A stretch of 64,000 nt of DNA from Sphaerodactylus townsendi (lineage: Eukaryota): positions 72,416,001 to 72,480,000 of the forward strand of contig NC_059426.1 of the NCBI RefSeq assembly GCF_021028975.2, given 5' to 3'. A model generated the notes under the pieces. That model searched no databases, was not told where the DNA came from, and saw only the letters and a list, made by a program, of their open reading frames with translations. Shown here piece by piece: positions 13,169 to 24,700 of the stretch; the first letter of the stretch is position 1; each line of letters starts with the position of its first letter. The position numbers and the translations under genes are program-made.

Positions 13169-14755
13169 AAGAAAAGGAAGGGCAAGGGTAACACTTAAGC
13201 TTTGTTTCAGCTGTTTTTAGACTTCTGGTCGGTTATCCTACCCTAATCCTATTTCATTGTTTATTGATGCCCTATCTGTGGATTGTATTGATTCACTCTG
13301 TGTAATCTGCCTTGAGTTCAAGTGAGAAAGGTGGCAATAAATAGCATAAAGTTGTCCCTCCAGCTCCTCCCCTGCAATGACATTTAACAGAATTCTGTGT
13401 TTTCACTTTTTGGTCCACTAGATGCTGCTGAAGAGCTGATTTTCAAGTAGTCACACAGTTAGCATTAGCAATCTTCAAAAGACTGCTAGATCAAGAGCAC
13501 TGGCTGTGCCTGGACATAAGCTTTGAAATAACCAAAGGTTTCACGTTATATCAGTTATGTTTTTGCACAGCTGGTGATCTAAAATAAGGAACAATTCTTA
13601 ATATTAGCAGACTAATCAATACTACTGCCTTTATTGAGAATAAAAAGCAAGGAAAGATCTTATTGCTATTCTCAGTGCAGAGGTGCAAGCAGTGTTTCAA
13701 CATCAGCCTTCCAAGCATTTCATCATGTATTATGCACCTTTGCCCTTTTTCTCATTCCACTTTCCCTCCTCAGATTGTTACTCCAAGCCTTCTAATCTTC
13801 CCTCATTCCTTTGCAGCTGTGGTCCCAATCCTTAACAAGTCTGGGACCAGATTCTCATGTACCACTAAAAGCATTTTTCAGCTCCATTCCCACCATCTGT
13901 TTGCAAAAGGAGTTTCAAATGCAGGTGTAGGTTTTCTCATGCATGGAAAACAGGGTATTTTAATTGGGTATTTTTCAGTGATTGGCGATCAAATAGGAAG
14001 CTTGATTTGTAGTCACATTTCAGTCTTCCTGCACTTTACAGTGCATGTGTGATTGGAAGGGAAAGTATCTACAGGGAATGTGTGTGAGCAACTGTCGATT
14101 GTTGATGAGTCCCTGAACTTTAAATGGCATGAATTGGTATCTCTACATTCACACAATAGCTGGAGTTCAGGCTCCAGCCCTTGAAGGTATCTGATGATAT
14201 TGTGGGCTCACAGGTTTTCTCTCTCAGAAGTTCTTATTCCTAAATTGATGCTGCATTTATTTTCAGATGAGTTCAGGACAGCCTTTGTTTCAAATTTTAA
14301 GTTTCAAGTTTCAAATTGTTCCAGCTGTCTTCATTGGATCACAGAGATGGGGCTACAATGGCTGCCACGTACTGAAAACAGTGAGGGGCTTCTCTGCACC
14401 AGTAGGGCCACCAGAAGCCACTTACTTATCCTGAAATATGTTTTCCCCTTAATACAAATCCTATGAGCATGCTGTACCAAATAAAAGAGAAACCTTACTT
14501 TTACCTTCAGTCGTGTACCTGTTGGGTCACTTTTCCAGTATGCTATGGTTAAACCTGCAAGTGGGATTATAGTCAGGACATTTGAAGTTGTGAGGATAAC
14601 ATCCATCTAGAATAGTAAAGTTGATTCTAAAGATCAAAGCATAATGCAGAGTCCTGGAGAAAGGGAAGAAGCTCATGCTAAAAAAACTTGGTATCTTGGC
14701 GCACTAATAAAGAAACCAAGCATCTTTTATTGATTCCCAAGATATGCTTCTAGGC

Positions 14756-14918
14756 CAGGGGTAGGGAACCTGCGGCTCTCCAGATGTTCAGGAACTACAA
14801 TTCCCATCAGCCTCTGTCAGCATGGCCAATTGGTGAGACTTCAATTGGCCATGCTGGTAGGGGCTGATGGGAATTGTAGTTCCTGAACATCTGGAGAGCC
14901 GCAGGTTCCCTACCCCTG
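14756..14918. mobile_element. Palindromic hAT MITE, CAGGGGTAGGGAACC family, with 15 extra bp at its apex
   Basis: Perfect TSD ttctaggc; otherwise matches the copy at 25429-25576. Confidence 0.95.
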
Positions 14919-15359
14919 TTCTAGGCCAATCTTGCCCGTCTGGTGCCAACATTCTCACTGAGATGATAAGAACTGTATGTGTATATAGAGGACGGGGTAG
15001 TGATTGCTGTGGTCATTGCAGAGGACCTTTCTTCAGGTTGTACAGCTTCCTTAGGGGGGGAAAAACTGTAAATCTTGATCGGGTAGTTTCAGCATGAGTA
15101 ACAAATACATCAGAAGGCTGAAAGGGGCATTGTCATAATATTGTAATGTGATGTCTTTTCCGGGATAGCCATTACCCTTTGAAAGTCCGGGGAGAGAAAC
15201 TGACAAGAAATGGCCATGTTGCAGCTACTCATAATGCCAATGTGATATACCCTAAGTAAGAACACATTCCAACACCAGATGCATATTGTGTGCTGTGTGC
15301 AGTCTGGCCTGGTACACCCAGTGCCTCAGTTCTATCCTTCAATATAGGGCAGTTACATC

Positions 15360-15624
15360 AGGGTCCCCTCATATTGAGGGGTCCTGCCATCCCCCCTCAT
15401 GGGGGTAGATTTTAAATTGGGGTCGGACGCCTTTTATTATGTATTATGGTTTTTTGCTGTTTTATGAGTTTTAAGCTATTTTATGGATTACTATTAATGT
15501 TTGTTACCGCTGTTTTAAAGATTTTAGTGACTTGTTTTACCATGTTTTATGCTGTACACCGCCCAGAGCCCCTAGAGGATGGGGCGGTATAAAAGTTTAA
15601 TAAATAAATAAATAAATAAATAAA
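15360..15624 (+). mobile_element. LINE (L2-like) 3' end with (TAAA)n tail, at the end of ZP1 pseudo-exon 3
   Basis: T-rich UTR, ...ccgcccagagccc...ggggcggtataaa stem-loop and TAAA repeats. Confidence 0.65.
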
Positions 15625-17039
15625 CATGAGCATGTGAATTGTTAGTAGGTCTTCATCAGGTCTTTAATAAGATTGCCGAGCAGCAGCTGGCAACTGGCAA
15701 AGAGTTAGGCGGGGTATGAGCGGGGGCACCATCAGTGCATCACATTACATCATTTCTGGGGTTAGCCGTTAAGTGACATCATGCTCCCTAGGAATCATAG
15801 GAAACACTGTGAAGCATGACATCACTTCCATGGAAAACCCAGCAAAAACAGTGATTATGTTTTTTAGTTAACTCCCACTGGCAAATGGCAGTGGGCAGCA
15901 GTAGAGGTTACTGGTGAGACTTCAATAAATAATCAGTGCCAGCATTGTAAATGTTCAAGAAACATGAGGAATTAAGCAGAGCCTTGGATTCTGGGCTCTT
16001 ATGTGTCAGTAAGGTGATCGCACAGTGCAAAATGGAGCATGATTTGAATGATTCTAAGTGTTAGTCTCAAGTATTTGCTCTTCATGAAGTGAAGTAAACT
16101 GTATTTTGTTGTCACTTATTATTGAATACAATTTCTCAATGTAGCTGTTTTGTTGGGAGAACTGGGCTGCTTTTGTGGAGATTTGGACTGGTATGATGAA
16201 CAGAATTTAACAATGGTCTAAATTGTTAGCTTTTACAACTGAATAGCTGATCTTTCTCTTAAGGTTGAAGGTGTATTGTGAGAGTGTACCATTCTAACTT
16301 CCTGATACTCCTGTCTCTTCTTTTGCAATCTCAGCTTCCCCTTTAACACTGGAGCAATGCCAGGTTTCATCTGGGAAGGTCCCCTGTGCAGATGCTTGTT
16401 ACCAGGCAGGATGCTGTTATAATGAAGGGGACCAAACTGCTCCATGTTACTATGGCAACGCAGGTACTTTCAACTCCTTAGAGCTTTCCATTAATTTTCT
16501 CAGTTTCTGCCTGAAAATTTGGCTCTGATACAGGCCGTCACTGCTGTGATTCATTTTAGCAACAGATGAAGCTTCAGACTACATGTTTGGCTATTCTTTT
16601 GTTTGATACAAAGCTATGCAACCTATATTCACACTCTTAATATATTCTCAAAATACTTGAAAATCAGCTTTTGAAATGTGGCTAGTCAACCTGGGTCACC
16701 TTAATGTGATCAAACAGACTATTTCACCATTGCATTCCAAACTCCAGTAGTCCCTTCCTCTTCAAATCACAAAATCTATGGGCTAGAGCTAGATCTTAAA
16801 AGTATGCTTGTCTAGATTTAGCCTTACTAGCAGTTGGCTAGATGTTTGGCTGAAAACTCAAACAGTTGAGTATTTGCCACCCTTCACAATTCTGTCATTT
16901 TGTATTCTCAACTAAACTTTCAGCTGAATGTTTGTCCTTGGGTTAAGTTTGTGGGGTTAGTAATTAGCTAGGGCAGATTTTAGGAGGGGATGGGACCTTT
17001 AATTCAACTTAGAGAGCCCAGTATGGAGTCAGGGATCCC

Positions 17040-19340
17040 AGTGGTGATAGAGTGAGGGAGATATAGTGGTGGGACAATGCCATATGAGAGAAGGAGACTG
17101 AGATAAAGTCAGGGTCAGCTTCCTTCTGACCTTTGTCCCATCCCTAGGTGAGATGGTGGAGGGCCTAGGAAGGTATACACTTCTCCAACATTGGTGTTGT
17201 GTAATGCCAGGTCCATCAATAATAAGACTGCAAAATGAGGACCCTGCATGTGTGACCGAAACCTAGGTTAGGGAGGGTGAAACTGTCGCCCTGAAAGAAC
17301 TTGCCCCACCAGGATACTCGGTCCTTCATCATTCCCAGATAAAGGGCTGGGAGCAGGGGGAGTGGCAATGCCTATTGGGAAGCTTTCTCTTTCATGGCTA
17401 TCCCTGCACCAATTATCTCCAGCACTGATTGTGTGGGTTTGGTGCGGGAGACCATGGAGAGTTTGGCTATCATTCTGATGTACCAGCTGCCTACAAATCC
17501 GCAGATATGCTGCTGAGACAGCTAGAAATAATATCAGATTGGGCCTTGAACTACCCCAGGTTCATTGTTCTGGGGAACTTCCATGTCCATGTTGATTCAG
17601 CCTCATCCTTACAAGCAGTGGACCTGGTGTCATCCATGGTAGCCCTGGGACTCTCCTTGATTAATACGGATCCCATACATCAAGCAGAACACACACTGGA
17701 TTTGATCTTTGGCATGGGGGTGAATGTAGATCTGACCTTGATTGATAGAGTTCCATAGTCAGACCACTTTGCCCTGAAAGCCCAAGTTGGCATCGATACC
17801 ACTCCCTGTGTAGGCCCGCCCATGGAGACTCATGGATCCATTTGGTTTCTGGAATGCTTTTCAGGATCCAAAGCCTACTAGAAGTTCTCTCAATTAGCTG
17901 GTAGAGGACTGGAATGCCAGACTCCCTGATGTGAGTTTTATCCTCACAACAACCTTGTAAGGTAGGTCAGGCCAAGGTCATCCAACAAACTTCCATGGTA
18001 CTGAAGAGCAGTAAATGAAGTAGCGGCAAATAATAAAGATCACTCCCTGATGCCTTCTTCAGCCCCGAGTCAGTCCAGCTCCCTAGTATACTGGGGAGCT
18101 ATGACTGATGAAGCAGGAACTAAGATGACTAGAGCAAGGTTGGTAGTGTACTCATGACCAAGCTACTGGATCATTTTATAAGATGTTTATGAAACCTATG
18201 AGGTGACAGCAAAGGCTTCACAGAAGGAATTCTATGTGACCTCTACTGTGTCCACTAGCTCACACCTGCACAATTGTTTAAAGTAATCTGGTCTCTGACA
18301 TTCCTTCCTATGGGATCCACAAGTATTAATGATTCGACTACTGGCTGTGAGGCTTTTGCAAGCTTTCTTGTGGATAAAATTTTGTTGCTCCATCATGACC
18401 TTCCAGTAACAGTTGATACAGTAAGTGAACTGGAGGCTGCTTGGCTATCTTCTGGTCCAATATTGGACCATTTCAGTCTGTTCTCCCAGGCCAATGTTAA
18501 CATGTTGACCCATGCCATTTTGGTTGGTGAAAGCCAACAGCTATGAAGTGAGGCATCTCCTACAGGAAATTGTCAACCTCTTTCTAGAGCGGGAGGTTTT
18601 CCCAGGGGGACTAAAAGAGGCAATGGTACAACAACTCATAAAGAAGCCATCTTTGGATCCTTTAGATCTTCTAGCTACTGCCCAGTCTCAAACTTGCCAT
18701 TCCTGGATAAGGGAGTTGAAAGCGTGATGGCAGAGCAACTGCAGGTATTTTGGGATGGCACATGAGTTCCAGTCCAACTTCTGTTCTGGCCACAGGATGA
18801 AGACTGTGCTGGTCACCATCACAGACAGGCTTTGTCTCCAGCTGGATCAAGGTGGGTCAGTCCCTCGGGTACTTCTAAATCTCTCTGCAGCATTTGACAT
18901 GGTCATTTAATACCTTTTGACCCACTGCCTCACCGTCACTGGGATTCAGGGTATGGCCTTACAATGGCTGACCTCGTTTCTCCAGGATTGGGGACAGAGA
19001 GTGACACTTGGAGAGGTGATGTCTCAGCAGTGTCCTCTAGTGTGTAGGATACCACAAGGAGTGATCCTCTCCCCAGTTATTTAACAATATTCATGCCCTG
19101 GCACAGCTGGTTCAGAGTGTTAGGCTGCTTTTTCTGCTGATGGAGGGCCAGCTGGCCGCCATCCCTGATGTTTTAGCACAGCATCTGAAGGCCATGGCAG
19201 GATAGCTGAGAAAGAGCAGGCTGAGGTTAAATCCTTCAAAAATGGATGTCCTGTGTCTGGACCGAGAAGTACCGGAGGAGGGTTTCCAGCTGCCAAAATT
19301 GGGTGGAGCGGCTTTAACACCTGCTTCTGCCAAAAGCCTG
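17040..19340 (+). mobile_element. Degraded L2-type LINE (endonuclease and RT relics)
   Basis: Relic motifs LVLCNARSINNKT, PPGYSVLH, IVLGNFHVHVD, HTLDLIF, SDHF; LLNLSAAFD, PQGVILSP, RLRLNPSKMDVL. Many stops and frameshifts. Short SINE-like insert near 17930-18000. Confidence 0.85.
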
Positions 19341-19512
19341 GACTCCATCTTACTGGAGTCTGTTTCTTCTTACTGGCATCCCAATTGTCCCCCTTCCTCC
19401 CCTGTCCCAATAGTTAAGAACTGGATGTGCAAACAGGATGGGAATTATAAATGTCTTCAGGCTATGTAGGGGTCCTATGCATACCCATTTATTCACCATC
19501 AATATTGTCATA

Positions 19513-19728
19513 ATGTATTGTCGAAGGCTTTCATGGCCGGAATTACTGGGGTGCTGTGTGGTTTTCGGGCTGTATGGCCGTGTTCTAGCAGCATTCTCTC
19601 CTGACGTTTCGCCTGCATCTGTGGCTGGCATCAGATCCTCTGAAGATGCCAGCCACTGATGCAGGCGAAACATCAGGAGAGAATGCTGCTAGAACACGGC
19701 CATACAGCCCGGAAACCACACAGCATGC
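19513..19728. mobile_element. Penelope-like element terminal-repeat remnant, inverted-repeat form
   Basis: About 80-bp inverted arms (19552-19632 / 19645-19725); 13-bp TSD caatattgtcata; hammerhead-like core. Confidence 0.8.
19636..19678 (+). ncRNA. Minimal type-I hammerhead ribozyme motif (probably degenerate)
   Basis: TCCT-CTGAAGA-T-GCC...GGC-GAAA-C-ATC-AGGA: stem I TCCT/AGGA, core CUGANGA and GAAA, stem II GCC/GGC; the stem III ACGT palindrome is mutated to ACAT. Confidence 0.6.
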
Positions 19729-21539
19729 CAATATTGTCATAGTGTTTTAAAGTCTAATTTTTATTATTGTATTAATTGTTTTTTGATAGAAGTTATTAAA
19801 TTATGTGTGTAAGCCACCCTAAGCACGACGTTGGCTGGGATAGAGCAGGGTATTTAATAAAATTTCAAAAATACAACCTCTTGTGCTTACTTAGCAAGCT
19901 TCAAATAATAGGGTTGCCAACTCCTGGTTGGGAAATTCCTGGAGATACTAGGGGTAGGGCAAAATCTGGTGATGGGAGGGATGTCCGCAGGGTACTATAA
20001 TGCCATACAGTCCACCCTCCAAAGTGGCCATTTTCTCCACATGAACTCCACCTGGATGTTAACAACCTTATTTGAATCTCAAACTGTCAACTAGTATTTT
20101 TCCCAGAGAACCCTAAGAGTTACTAGGGTGGTAGACAACCTGTCCTGCAAGTTGGTTTGCTGGCCTTTCTATGCCATGAACAGCTATAGGGACACACACC
20201 AGCCATATTCTAGACCACTTGCCCAGTTCATAAGGCTGTCAGCTCCAGGTGGAACCTGGAGATTTTCTGCTGCTATAATTCTCCAGGCCATACAGTGGGG
20301 AAAAAAGGGGCTGCTATGGAAGGTGGATTATATGGCATTATACCCTGCTTAGATCCCTCTCTACCAGCATTTACCCTCAAATCTCCACAAATTTCCCAAC
20401 TCAGAGTTTACAACCCTAGTTGATAATAGGCTATCATGTATGGTGCCTCCACATAAACTATGTACCCTACACCAGCGGATACTAAAAGTGTTTCCTAAAA
20501 CTAGCTTCCAGGTTTCCTACTAATAGAATGAACCATGTGAACTCCATTTGGATGTTGACAACCTTATTTGAATCTCAGACTGTCAACTAGCAAACAGACA
20601 CATCTGTACCTGTTCTTTATCAAATGAGAAATATCAGTTGTACAGGGATGATAATAATGAATGATAGCGGCTTTTCATTTGGTAGTATTTTTCCCCCCAG
20701 AGAACCCTAAGAGATACTAGGCACTCCTATGCAAAAATCAGAGGTAGACAACCTGTCCTGCAAGTTGGTTTGCTGGCCTTTGTAAATGCATTCTGCAAAT
20801 ACAGTCTGACACTGGTTTCAGTTGTGCTACAGCTGATTTATGGCCTCCAAATTTTGTTTCCCTGGTCCAGCTGAATCTTTTGATGCCATGGAGGTAAATA
20901 GCATCACCTGAAATAACAGCCAATTGAGCCTCTGTTAAAGTGACAGGACATTTTTCTCCAGGTGGGTTTACAATCCATTTCCATGACTCATCCGACTATC
21001 TGTTTTGCAGCACAAGTTGCAGCAGTCAGTTACCTGAAATTCACAATTCAAAACACAAATGTGTATTAAAGGTTATAATGAACTAGAAATCAATCAGCTA
21101 ATGAGCAGTAGTAACACCAAAGCAGCTGCAAATAAAAAACACAGATACTTGGGTTGTCCTTTTTCCCTCTAAAAAAGCATTTTTTAATTTTTAGCAGGCA
21201 GAAATTCAACAAGTGATGCTTTCCCCCAACATTCCCAGAAAAGATGAAATTGCTGGATTTCTGCCCAATACACAACTGTACTTTTTAAAAGTCAGAGATT
21301 GAAAACTACAGCATAATGTGCCAGATTACACTTCTGTGATCTGAGATAAGGCATACATGACACCTACCAACTCAAGTTCTGTGTCTCTTTCAACAGAACT
21401 TTCATTTTACTTGTCCACAACCCAAGGGATAGAGTAAGAAATTTCAGTTCTCAGAACTTCTAGAAGAGACAGAAAGATGGAGTGAGACAGAAAGAGAAAG
21501 AGAGTATGAAAGAAAAAATAAAGGGAAGAGAGACAGATG

Positions 21540-21778
21540 AAAGGAGAAGGTCACAAATAAAGGTATAGTAGAACAATTTGATGGAACATGGGTGTTAAAG
21601 ATTTCCTCTCTGTTCAGAACTTTGCACTTTTGACATGACCCCTCAGATGTTCCCCCATAACTCTTCCAGGTGCAAATCTGCCCAACAGTTTCACAACCCC
21701 TCCCCTCCCTATAAATGCCCATCCATGCACACTTCTTGCTAATGCTAAGAGTATTGTGAATACTTTTGTAGTACAACA
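21540..21778 (+). promoter_or_regulatory. ZP1: ZP1 proximal promoter
   Basis: TATAAAT at 21710-21716, 69 nt upstream of the ATG. DR1/HNF4-like AGTGCAAAGTTCT (minus strand, 21616-21628). Nuclear-receptor half sites AGGTCA (21548) and TGACC (21636). Confidence 0.6.
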
Positions 21779-24700
21779 ATGGTGTCAAGCTGCAGTTATT
21801 ATGTAGCCTTAACACTACTGTTTCTAGGTAGCTTGTCCTATGGACAATATGGTATCCAGAGTGTTAGTTTTTTAGTTTTACCTCATAGATATGACTGTGG
21901 AGAACACAATATGCAATTATTAGTTCATCCTAAGCCAAGCCATTCTGTCCGCTTTAAAGTTGTGGGTAAGTGTCTCTTATTTACTTCTCTCTTATTTAAT
22001 AAAACAGAGTTAAAAGAAGAGTATCTTTTTATCTCAATATAGAAAACCTTCACCTTCTGAACCACTGGGGTTTGCTCTGTTCAACAGCTTATAGACATAA
22101 GCATTTATGAATAGACTGCCAACTATATTCTACTTGGTGCTGGCAAATATTCTAGGATTTATGAGTAACTAGCGTGGCCCGGCCATGCATTGCTGTGGCT
22201 TATTGGGGTGAAATGGGAAAGGAACAAAAGCAGCAAATCAATTGCAGAGGCCAGCAGTACGTGCTCATGCAAACACGCAGCCTGATACTGTGCGATGTCA
22301 GTGATGTGTGTGCCTGCATTCCTTGGGGGGGTGGGGATGGAAAGGCACCCCTCCCACACGTCTAGGCTGGCTGGTCATGATCCTTTACCTGGGAGTAAGT
22401 TTGGTTGGTGGCAATGGATGTTGCTTCCGAGGAAACCCTTTGAGGGGCGTGACGCAGCCATTCAAAGTATGTCACAGTTGCTGTACCAAGCTTACTCCTG
22501 AGTAATGCTAGTTTTCTTAACTGTAACTGCAGTATTCAGGGAATCTAGGGTGCCTGGGCCCTCCCTCCTGTCCCTTGCATGTCGCCCCTCACTCTCTTCC
22601 CTCCCGCACTTCTCTTCCCTGGCATGCCACCCCTCTCCCTCCTTCCCTTCCCTTTTCCTACGCTAGGGTGGTTGGGTCATATCAAGATGCTGGGCCCCCT
22701 CCCTTGCATGCCACCCCTCACTGTCTCCCCTCTCTCACTTCTCTTCCCTTGCCTGCCTCCTCCTCTGTCCCTTCCCTCTCCCTCCCTCCCTTCCCTCTCC
22801 CTTGTGTGTATGTGTGTGTGTTTCACTTCCAATTGAGTTACTGCCTATGTACTGTTTCCACTGCTCATATTTGGCCACCTCAGCGAACATTCTAAACTGC
22901 ACGAACATTCTAAGGGTGACAGTTACACACAGGCAGCTGCATGTCCTTCACCATGGAGCGCCAGGAAAAAGGCGTTTTACCTGGGCCAGGTGTGAAATTT
23001 CAGGTATGTGAACATCTAAAAACACTCTCACCTGGCTGACTACAGTGGCTGGGAATTTTCAGAGAAGTTGGCCCAGCAGTTACTGAGTTATACTACCACT
23101 AACAAAAACACTGTTAGCTTTTTATATATATAGATAGATTGATGCTATACTAAAGAAAGACCGGTTCCTTCATAAAATAAATAAATAAAACACAAATGCT
23201 CAATTTGAAGTCATTAGCTATAGTAAGGTATCTGAGTAGTTTAGCAACAAACTGAAAGCAAAGGGAAGAGGCTGTGCACAAAAACAGAACTTTCCTTATA
23301 GCAAAAATAGTTCTCCCTGAAAACCAATGTTTCCCTGGGAGTGAAAGTGGAGATGCCAGTCTCCAGGTGGGACCTGGGTATCTCCTAAAATTACAGCTCC
23401 TTCGCAGAATACAGAGATCAGTGTCGCAGAAGAAAATCAGTGTTTTGGAGGGTGGACTTTCTGGTTTTGTACCTCACTGAGGTCCCTGTTTTCTCCTGGC
23501 TTAATCCTCACATCTCAAAGAGTGTCCCAACCTGGATCTGGCAACTCTGCTCCCCTATTACTTGCCAGTGACTATGGGGGATCTGACAATCCTAAGTGGA
23601 AAAGTTGTTTGTCTCACTTACCTCAGCTGGGTATACGGTTGCCAACCTCCTGGAAGCACTGGAGATTTCCCACTATTAGAGCTGATCTCCAGACAATCAA
23701 AATCAGTACTCCTGGGGGGAAAGGCTGCTTTGGAGGGTGGGCTTTGTGTGGCCTTTACACCCTGCTGAGGTCCCTCCCCTTCCCAAACCTTGCCCTCCCC
23801 AGGCTCCACTGCCAAAATCTCCAGTTATTTCCTGATCCAGAGCCGGGAACCCTAGAGCCTGGGTCTACTTCACTGTCTTCCCACTTAAACATTATCTCTG
23901 CAGTGGTATGGTAAAGTCTTTTTCTTGCTGTTGGTGTGAGCCAGGTCTATTGTTATTTTTATCAGAGCTTTAGAGGCCTATTTTGGAGAACCAGTTTTTT
24001 ATACTTTGATCATGATGAGACTGTAACAAACTTTAAAAAAATTATAGAAGTCTCTGTGTGTGTGTGTGTGAGAGAGAGCATGTGACACTGTCTACTCTGG
24101 AAACTTGTTCTCAAATCCATATAAGGGAGGTTTCTTCAGTTTGCATCTAAAATTCTAAAGTTTCAATCAATGTGAATTAATGACAAATGTAAATGATCTA
24201 AACTTAAACTTAGTATAATACAAAGGGAGGTAACAGGTTTCTGTGTCTATTCTGTTTTAATTGAATGATCAGTGACTGCTTGTAAATTGGAATTGCCTGA
24301 GAAAATTAGCAATTTCTGCAAGACATAAATTTTTACTGAAGTTTTTTTTTTAAATTCTAGGAATGACCTTTTAGCTTATGGATAAACCTGATTATTGGTT
24401 GAGGTGTCCGTACTGTAAACTCATCTGTGTTGCTTCCAAAAGTGAGAACACCCATAGATGGGGCATCTGTTGATTGCCTGCTTTACTTATGGGCTGCATT
24501 TCTTTGCTGAGACTCAAGGCAGATTACAGAATGAGAAAACAGTGCAAGAATTTTTAAAGAACTGCCTTCAATTTTCAGACGTTTGAGTCATGCCAATGTT
24601 ATAAAATGTTCTCCAGAACAATTCTGTGTACAAAATTTATTTCCTTTATGCAAAATGTGGGAACCTTCCTGACCTCACGAGGCAGCTCATTCCACCAGGT

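Larger units (their letters stand above)
14267..16463 (+). pseudogene. Partial ZP1 paralogue pseudogene (relics of exons 2, 3 and 4: ZP-N1 and trefoil)
   Basis: 14267-14380 reads DEF...[11 protein letters not shown] / GYNGCHVLKT with a frameshift (114 vs 119 nt). 15164-15347 reads DSHYPLKVRGEKLTRNGHVAATHNANVIYPK* (acceptor AG>GG, TAA 15257-15259), then frameshifted [15 protein letters not shown]. 16335-16463 is a trefoil exon SPLTLEQCQVSSGKVPCADACYQAGCCYNEGDQTAPCYYGNA with intact splice sites and a 15-nt deletion. All align to the ZP1 exons downstream. Confidence 0.9.

Noticed and set aside
14050-14186. Possible exon 1 of the ZP1 pseudogene (phase-1 donor at 14187, 80-nt intron)
   Set aside because: Similarity to ZP1 exon 1 is too weak to support by eye.
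16534-16600. Possible relic of ZP1 exon 5 (gtcactg...ttcatttt...acatgtttggctattc)
   Set aside because: Only short patchy matches; a real alignment is needed.
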